Part shown: positions 57,574 to 64,000 of the stretch, in pieces
Position numbering within the stretch: the stretch's first letter is position 1
Layout: every line of letters begins with the position of its first letter
Origin: Halorussus marinus
GTDB taxonomy: Archaea > Halobacteriota > Halobacteria > Halobacteriales > Haladaptataceae
NCBI RefSeq assembly: GCF_004765795.1
Contig: NZ_SBIV01000001.1
Coordinates: 434,001-498,000, forward strand
Reading direction: 5' to 3'
Length of the DNA stretch: 64,000 nt
Notes under the pieces: model-generated
Databases searched by the model: none
Told to the model about the DNA's origin: nothing
Seen by the model: only the letters and a program-made list of their open reading frames with translations
Program-made: the position numbers and the translations under genes

Positions 57574-59526
57574 ATGAGCGACAGCATGACCGAGGTCGTA
57601 ACCGCCGAGGAGGGCGGTGTCGTCGTCGAGAAGTCATTCGAGGGCGACGAGTTCGCGGTCCCCGCGATCAAGTTCGTGATCCGGAGCGAGCGAGACGACT
57701 CGACGACGATCACGCTGGCCGACGACGTTCCCGAGTCGTTCCCGATGGACAACGTCGGCTTCCACCCCGACTACGAGAACGACAACTGGACGGCCTACAA
57801 GGACCACCGGGTCCAGTTCGAGCGCGAACTCGACCCCGGCGAGGAGCTGGTCACGGTGTACGGCGTCCGACTCGGCGAGGACGACGACCCCTCGATCTTC
57901 CTCGGATCGCCCACCATCGAGCAGGTCGCCCCCGCCTCGGTCGGCGGGACCGACGAGGCGGACGGCGGCCCGGACCCCCTCGGCGGAGACGTCGGCGACG
58001 ACGACCCCCTCGAGGACGGCCCCGATCCGCTCGGCGGCGAGGTGGGCGGTCCTGAGGGCAACACCATCACCGACATCGTCTCCGAGGAGGACAGCCAGAT
58101 CGTCCGGGACGTGGTCGCCGGCGAGGAAGACCTCTCGCTCGACGACGAGGCGGACGCGCCGACCGACGGCGACGAGCCGCTTGCCGACCCCGACGGGGAA
58201 GCCGGCGCGGGCGAAGAGTCGGACCCGCTGGCCGACGACGAGGCGTCGGCGGGCCCGCCGGACGAGGACGGCGAGCCGTCGACCGACGACCTCGACGAGG
58301 CGGACCCGCTCGGCGCCCCGGACGAGCGACCGGCGGACGCCGACGACCCGAGCGCGCCCGACGAGGGAGCCGACGATTCGACGGGTAGCGTGTCCGACGA
58401 AGGAGTCGACGACCCGATGGGCGACGAGCCCGACGAGGCGACGCCGGCCGCCGACCACGAGCCCGATTCGTCGGCGGACGCCGGAACCGCCTCGCCGCCG
58501 ACCCCGGGGAGCGTCGCGGCCACGCTCGCCGAGGAGATCCGCGCGGGCGAGGTGTCCGACGACGACCTCGACGTCATCCAGCGCGAACTCGACGTCGAGA
58601 CGCCAGAGAGCACCAACGTCCGCATCCGGCACCTCCAGTCGCGAGTCGAGGACCTCTCGGCGTACACCGAGGCCCTAGAGGAGTTCATCGACGAGAACGG
58701 CGTGGCCGAGGACGTGTTCGCGGACTTCGAGACCGACATCGCGAGCCTCCGGGCCGACGTCGAGGCGTTCGAGGACGAGGTTCAGGCGATCCGGACCGAT
58801 GCCGACGACACCGACGACCGGGTCGCGGAGCTGGACTCTTCGCTCTCGGGCGTCGAATCGGAGGTCGACGAGGTGGCCGAGGGGCTGGCGGCGGTCGAAG
58901 AGGACCTCGACGACGTGGCCGACCTCGACGCGGTCGAGGCGTTGCGCGCGGACCTCTCGGGCGTCGAGTCGGAGGTCGACGAGGTGGCAGAGGGGCTGGC
59001 GGCGGTCGAAGACGACCTCGACGACGCGGCCGACCTCGACGCGGTCGAGGCGTTGCGCGCGGACCTGACCGATCTGGAGGCCGACCTCGATTCGGTCGGC
59101 GACCTGCGCGAGCAGGTGTCGGCGCTGGAGGCCGAACTCGAGGACGCCGGGGACTTCGAGGCGGAGTTCGACGCCCTCGACGACCGGATCGACGACCTCG
59201 AAGAGCTCGTCGGCGCGAACACCGAGGACGTGACCGCGGTCGGCGCCGAGGTCGAGGAGCTGACCGACGAGATGGCCGACCTCCGGACCGAGATCGAGGC
59301 CGCGACCGACGCGGCCGAGGAGATCGAGTCGGTGGCGGCCGACGTCGAGTCGCTGTCGGACGACCTCGACGCGCTGGAGGAGAACCTCACCGCGCGCGTC
59401 GAGAGCGTCGAAGACGAGGTCGCCGACATCCGCGAGGGCGTCGAGCGCGACGTCGCCGACATCCGCGAGGAGATCGACGGCATCCAGGAGTGGCGCGACC
59501 GGATCAGCGACGTGTTCGGCAACTGA
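57574..59526 (+). CDS. Acidic protein with globular N-terminus, disordered linker and long coiled coil
   Basis: VGFHPDY.NDNW domain; RIRHLQSRVEDLSAY..ALEEF; heptad-like repeats. Confidence 0.8.
   Translation: MSDSMTEVVTAEEGGVVVEKSFEGDEFAVPAIKFVIRSERDDSTTITLADDVPESFPMDNVGFHPDYENDNWTAYKDHRVQFERELDPGEELVTVYGVRLGEDDDPSIFLGSPTIEQVAPASVGGTDEADGGPDPLGGDVGDDDPLEDGPDPLGGEVGGPEGNTITDIVSEEDSQIVRDVVAGEEDLSLDDEADAPTDGDEPLADPDGEAGAGEESDPLADDEASAGPPDEDGEPSTDDLDEADPLGAPDERPADADDPSAPDEGADDSTGSVSDEGVDDPMGDEPDEATPAADHEPDSSADAGTASPPTPGSVAATLAEEIRAGEVSDDDLDVIQRELDVETPESTNVRIRHLQSRVEDLSAYTEALEEFIDENGVAEDVFADFETDIASLRADVEAFEDEVQAIRTDADDTDDRVAELDSSLSGVESEVDEVAEGLAAVEEDLDDVADLDAVEALRADLSGVESEVDEVAEGLAAVEDDLDDAADLDAVEALRADLTDLEADLDSVGDLREQVSALEAELEDAGDFEAEFDALDDRIDDLEELVGANTEDVTAVGAEVEELTDEMADLRTEIEAATDAAEEIESVAADVESLSDDLDALEENLTARVESVEDEVADIREGVERDVADIREEIDGIQEWRDRISDVFGN
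58843..59064 (+). repeat. 111-bp tandem duplication (37 aa x2)
   Basis: LSGVESEVDEVAEGLAAVE(E/D)DLDD(V/A)ADLDAVEALRAD twice, with near-identical DNA. Confidence 0.92.
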
Positions 59527-59600
59527 GCCGGCCGCCGGCATTCGACCGCCGACGACCGGAAGCGCAACGCGTTTACTTTTGCCGTGCCATCTCGGGGACA

Positions 59601-60500
59601 ATGACTGAGACGATTCCGGTCGCGGTCCCGCGAAAGGGGCGCCCGCTCGAAGCGGTGCTCGACCGCGTGGCCGACGAGACGGGCGCGGAGTCGGTCGCCG
59701 ACACGATCATCTCGACGCTCCGCTACGAGAAGGCCGTCACGAAGGGCGATCAGGCCGCCGAGACGGGGGCCTACGAGCGACTCGCCGACTACAGCAACCC
59801 CGACGAGCCGACTCGGCCCGACTACACGCTGTTGCGCGACGACCGGGCGGGCAAGCCCCGCCGGATCGTCTTCGACAGCGTCACGATCCCCGCCGACGGC
59901 GTCGACCTCCGACTCGTCGGTCGCGAGGAGCCGTTCCGGGCGCTCCGCAAGCACGAGTTCGCGCTGGGGTTCGACAGCGCCGACCTCGTGCTCGAAGAGG
60001 TCGTCGAGCTCCGGCCCGATCCCCTGACCCGGATCGCCGACGTGAACGCCCGCGTCGACCCCCACGACACCGACGTCAGGGTCGTCGAGGGGATGGGCGA
60101 CACCGTCTACCACACGCTGATGGCGACCCCCGAAGCGCTCCCGCAAGGCGACCAGCCCACCCGAGAGTTTCTCACCGACTACGAGGGGAAACTGTGTATC
60201 TCGCCGCGATACGAACGGCTCGTCGAGGCGGTGTTGGGGACCCGAAACACCGAGACGCTGGAGTTTGCCTACCCGACCGAAGACGAAGAAGAGGAGGCCG
60301 CCATCGCGGAGACCGGCCTCGGCGTCTACCTCACGGTGACGGGCTCGACCGCCCGCGAACACGGGCTCGTCGTGGGCGAACAGCTGTTCCCGAGCGAGAC
60401 GGTGCTGATGGAGAACTGCTCTGAGTCGACGCCGGGCGTCGAGCGGGCGGCCGACCTCTTCGTGCGGGCCGAGACCGAGACCGAGATGGCGATCTACTGA
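59601..60500 (+). CDS. Divergent ATP phosphoribosyltransferase (HisG)-like protein
   Basis: VAVPRKGR, ALGFDSADLVLE, LTVTGSTAREHGL...LFPSETVLMEN parallel recalled HisG motifs. Confidence 0.6.
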   Translation: MTETIPVAVPRKGRPLEAVLDRVADETGAESVADTIISTLRYEKAVTKGDQAAETGAYERLADYSNPDEPTRPDYTLLRDDRAGKPRRIVFDSVTIPADGVDLRLVGREEPFRALRKHEFALGFDSADLVLEEVVELRPDPLTRIADVNARVDPHDTDVRVVEGMGDTVYHTLMATPEALPQGDQPTREFLTDYEGKLCISPRYERLVEAVLGTRNTETLEFAYPTEDEEEEAAIAETGLGVYLTVTGSTAREHGLVVGEQLFPSETVLMENCSESTPGVERAADLFVRAETETEMAIY

Positions 60501-60508
60501 GCCCGGTC

Positions 60509-61264
60509 TCACTCGCAGGTCCCGGTGCGTATCCGTATCGGCCGATCGAGATCGAGCGAGACGCGCTCGGAGACGCCTGCCGACCCGGAGAGAAACTCCC
60601 AGTCGGTGATCTCGCCCTCGTAGTGTTCGCCCTCGAGCGCGGCGTCCTCGTTGAATCCCGGGCGGACGACGACGTCGAAGTTCTCGCCGAGACCGCGGAA
60701 CGCGCCGCCGTCGGTGCCGGCTTTCCCCCAGGTCCAGTCGACGACGTGTTCGGACCCGTCGACCCGCCAGCGGTCGAAGTTCGTGGACGCGACCACGCCG
60801 GTGTTCGGGTTCCGATAGAAGTCGTCTCTGACGGCCCACTCGCCGCCCGACGGGAGTCCGTCGAGCCCGAACGTGACCGACCCGCCGATCGACGACTCGA
60901 TCCGGCCGTGGACGACGACGAGGCTCAGCCCCTTCGGGCCCCGGTAGAGCAAGAGGAGACTCGTCTTTTCTCGCTGGAGCTCCACGGTCCCGGCCGAGGC
61001 GTAGCGCGTGGCGAAGCCGATCGAGGCGCCGTTCTCCTCGGAGACGTACTTCTTTGGGAGCTGGTAGTCGTAGAACTCCTCGACGGGGAGCCGGCCCCGC
61101 ACCGGCGCCACCGGCTCACACCGGTCGCCCTGGACGACCGCGTAGTCGGACGCCCGTCGCCGCTGAGTCGCCGCGCCCCCGCCCGCGAACGCTCCGAGGA
61201 CGCCCGTTCCGAGGGCGCTCAGGAGCGCTCGCCGCGAGACGGTCGATCGCTGGGTTCGCCTCAT
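60509..61264 (-). CDS. Tat-exported hypothetical protein
   Basis: SRRALLSALG twin-arginine signal; beta-rich; two Cys near the ends of the mature chain. Confidence 0.7.
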   Translation of the reverse strand: MRRTQRSTVSRRALLSALGTGVLGAFAGGGAATQRRRASDYAVVQGDRCEPVAPVRGRLPVEEFYDYQLPKKYVSEENGASIGFATRYASAGTVELQREKTSLLLLYRGPKGLSLVVVHGRIESSIGGSVTFGLDGLPSGGEWAVRDDFYRNPNTGVVASTNFDRWRVDGSEHVVDWTWGKAGTDGGAFRGLGENFDVVVRPGFNEDAALEGEHYEGEITDWEFLSGSAGVSERVSLDLDRPIRIRTGTCE

Positions 61265-61454
61265 CTGCCACCGACCAGAGGAGGCAGTCGGCCTTTGTTA
61301 TCCGGGCGTTACGCCGCCCCGACTCCGACGCGCGGCCTCGACCGGCCGGTCGGTCTCCCGTCCATCGCAGAAACGCGGCGATAACGTGCGGTGGCGTCGG
61401 GAAACGCCCGGATAACAAAGGCGCGAGCTCTCGTCACCCACGTCGATTGCCTAA

Positions 61455-64000
61455 ATGTCCGGAGGGACTTCGTCGGCGGGAACCGACCGAACCGACACGG
61501 CCACCCAGCTCAAGACCGGTATCGTCGCCTGGTGTATCGTCGCCAGCAGCATGCTCTACGGCGTGGGCGTCGTCGGCGCCCAGTCGCCCCCAGAGGTCGA
61601 GGGCGACGTGATAGCGCCCGAGACGCCGGGGCCGCCGGACGCGACTGCCGACTCGCTCCCGAGCGCGTCACCCGGGTCGTCGGCCGCCGCCGACTCCGAC
61701 GGATCCGGCCCCGACGCGACCGCTCCGGAACCGAACGCGCGCGGTGCGAGCCCGGCGGCCGCGAGCGGGCCGAGCGACGCCGGTTCGGCGAACGCCTCGA
61801 CGACGTCGACTACCTCGGGGCGTGTCGGACCGTGCGCTCGGATCCCGCGCGGTCCGGTGGGCGACGTGCCGCTCGCGGCCGCCGACACCATCGCCGGCGC
61901 GGCGAGCAACGACCGGGCGGGGTGGGACACCGCGGTCGGCGACGTGAACGGCGACGGCTACGACGACCTCCTCGTCGGCGCGCCGACCAACGACTCCGGG
62001 GGGACCGACTCGGGCGGCGCGTTCCTGTTCTACGGCCCGACGAATCGCAGCGACCTCTCGCTCGCCGACGCGGACGTCACCTTCGAGGCCGAATCGCCCG
62101 GCGACTACGCCGGGTTCGCCGTCGAGATCGGCGACATGAACGACGACGGCCGCGCCGACATCGCCGTCGGCGCGCCGCTGACCAACACGAACGGCTACGC
62201 GTCGGGCACTACCTACGTGGTGTACGGCGGCGGCCTCCCCGAGGAGGTCCGACTCAAGTTCGCCGACGCCGCCTTCGCCGGCGACGAGGGCGACCGCGCG
62301 GGTTGGTCGCTCGCGACCGCCGAGAACGTCACCAACGGGACCCGGGGCCTGCTGATCGGCGCGCCCCAGCACGACGGCAGTGCCCGCGACGCCGGCGCCG
62401 CCCACCTCGTCCACATGCCCCGCACGGGCGGGTTCAATCTGTCCCGGGCCAACGCGACCTACCTCGGTGAGGCCGAAGGCGACCTCGCCGGAAGCGCGGT
62501 CGCGGTCGCCGACGCCGACAACGACAGCGTCAGCGACGTGCTGATCGGCGCGCCCGGCAACGACTCCGTCGCGCCCGACGCCGGCGCCGCGTACCTGAAA
62601 CACGGGCCGCAGTTCAACGGCACGTCGCTGTTGGTGAACGCGCCCGTGAAGTTCCGCGGTCCCGACGCGCAGGCCCAAGCGGGCTTCTCCGTGGCCGACG
62701 CCGGCGATATCGACGGCGACGGCCGCGACGAACTCGCGGTCGGCGCGCCGTTCGCCGACAGGGGCGGCCCTGAGACCGGCGCCGCCTACGTCGCCGGCGA
62801 GGGGAACCGCTCGCGGATCGTGAACCTCTCGACCGAGGTCGACGCCGCCCTGCCCGGGGCCGGCTCCGGGGACGCCGCCGGCTGGGACGTGGCCGGCGCG
62901 GGCGACGTGAACGGCGACGGTTACGACGACCTCCTCGTCGGCGCGCCGTACAACAACAGCACCGTCGGCACCACCGGCGCGGGCTACCTGCTGTACGGCT
63001 CCCAGATCGCGTCCCGACACCCTCTCTCGGGAGCCCACACCAAGCTCCGGGGCAACGAGACCGGCGACCTCGCCGGCTACGCGGTGGCGTCGGGTGCCTT
63101 CGACAACGACTCGGAGACGGACGTGTTCGTCGGCGCGCCGTACGCGAACGCGACCGACCGAACCGACGCGGGCGCCGTCTACGCGGTCGCCGGCGGCTGT
63201 CCGCGCGCCAAGACGACCGCCGACGAGACCGCGACCGAAACCACGACGCCGCCCGAACCCGCCACCGAGGAGCCGACCGCGACGACCGAGCGCCCGACGG
63301 CGACGCCCGGCGAACTGTTCCGGGTTCGGACGTCGTTCGACTGCACCGACGTCACGGTCGCCGCGAGCCAGTTCACCCGGGTGGTGCTGACGTTCGAGGA
63401 CGGGACGACCCAGACGTTTTCGAGCATCTACAGCGGAACGCGGCGGTTCTCCGGAACCGGGCGCAACGCCGGAAAGCTCGTGACCTCGGTGAAGGTGTTC
63501 AACGGCCCGCGGACGTTCGCACTCCGGACCAACGACGTCAGCGACTGCGAGACGCCGACCGAGACGCCGGAACCGCCGTTCTCCCCGAAGGTGTTCTTCC
63601 CGAACTGCGAGGACGCCGTCGTGGACGCGAACCGGTTCGAGTCGGTCACGGTCGTGTTCGGGGACGGCGACCGCCAGAACTTCTACGGGCCGTTCACCGA
63701 CCGGGGACGGTTCAGCGGGACGGGCGCCAACCGGGGCGAGGTGATCAAGCGCGTGATCGTCCGGAGCGCCGACGGCGAGCACGTCACTCGGACCAACCCG
63801 AGCTTCGAGGCCTGCCGCGAGCCCGAGACGACCACCACGACCGAGACCACCACGACCACGACGACCGCCGAACCCACGCCGGTGCCGTTCGAGCCGACGT
63901 TCGACTTCGCGTGTACTCAGGCCGCGGTGGACGCCCACGAGTACGACGCCGTGACGCTGGCGTTCGAGGACGGCGACCGCCAGACGTTCCGCGGTCCGTT
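61455..64000 (+). CDS. Secreted FG-GAP (integrin alpha-like) beta-propeller protein with Cys-bracketed repeat domains; continues beyond the window
   Basis: Hand translation from ATG 61455 is open to the window end; seven AG..(GDxNGDG.DD)..(V/I)GAP repeats; Thr-rich linkers. Absent from the ORF track. Confidence 0.85.
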   Translation, partial: MSGGTSSAGTDRTDTATQLKTGIVAWCIVASSMLYGVGVVGAQSPPEVEGDVIAPETPGPPDATADSLPSASPGSSAAADSDGSGPDATAPEPNARGASPAAASGPSDAGSANASTTSTTSGRVGPCARIPRGPVGDVPLAAADTIAGAASNDRAGWDTAVGDVNGDGYDDLLVGAPTNDSGGTDSGGAFLFYGPTNRSDLSLADADVTFEAESPGDYAGFAVEIGDMNDDGRADIAVGAPLTNTNGYASGTTYVVYGGGLPEEVRLKFADAAFAGDEGDRAGWSLATAENVTNGTRGLLIGAPQHDGSARDAGAAHLVHMPRTGGFNLSRANATYLGEAEGDLAGSAVAVADADNDSVSDVLIGAPGNDSVAPDAGAAYLKHGPQFNGTSLLVNAPVKFRGPDAQAQAGFSVADAGDIDGDGRDELAVGAPFADRGGPETGAAYVAGEGNRSRIVNLSTEVDAALPGAGSGDAAGWDVAGAGDVNGDGYDDLLVGAPYNNSTVGTTGAGYLLYGSQIASRHPLSGAHTKLRGNETGDLAGYAVASGAFDNDSETDVFVGAPYANATDRTDAGAVYAVAGGCPRAKTTADETATETTTPPEPATEEPTATTERPTATPGELFRVRTSFDCTDVTVAASQFTRVVLTFEDGTTQTFSSIYSGTRRFSGTGRNAGKLVTSVKVFNGPRTFALRTNDVSDCETPTETPEPPFSPKVFFPNCEDAVVDANRFESVTVVFGDGDRQNFYGPFTDRGRFSGTGANRGEVIKRVIVRSADGEHVTRTNPSFEACREPETTTTTETTTTTTTAEPTPVPFEPTFDFACTQAAVDAHEYDAVTLAFEDGDRQTFRGP

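Noticed and set aside
55234..59064. Tandem repeats as a possible CRISPR array
   Set aside because: They are in-frame coding repeats with no unique spacers and no cas genes.
57574..59526. SMC/chromosome segregation ATPase
   Set aside because: No Walker A/B or signature motif; coiled coil only.

Overview
GC-rich chromosomal window from a halophilic archaeon (class Halobacteria), judged from the acidic proteins, TFB, RpoL, Dph2 and the GatCA context. The core backbone includes a menaquinone cluster (menF, menD, menB, menA, menC, menE), gatCA, tfb, purL, hisF, rpoL, a rhomboid protease, a METTL5-type methyltransferase and dph2. Two apparently accessory blocks flank purL. The first (about 24.3-30.7 kb) holds an arylsulfotransferase-like gene, a TetR regulator with an ABC exporter, and arsR-acr3. 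The second (about 33-46.2 kb) holds an amidohydrolase, a putative RHH protein with a phased operator, an aldehyde dehydrogenase and an 8-gene operon for a Tat-exported type II DMSO-reductase-family molybdoenzyme. By my recollection its alpha and beta subunits resemble the periplasmic nitrite oxidoreductase (Nitrospira/anammox NxrAB) lineage more than canonical haloarchaeal NarGH, and they carry unusual Fe-S ligand patterns. Other notable items are CGAA-N4-TTCG-type palindromes upstream of this operon and of a molybdate/tungstate transporter, a 367-bp nested inverted-repeat element, a strongly divergent HisG-like protein, and a secreted protein with seven FG-GAP repeats that runs off the window end. 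I saw no rRNA, tRNA, CRISPR array or transposase. All family assignments come from motif recognition by eye; no database search was run.
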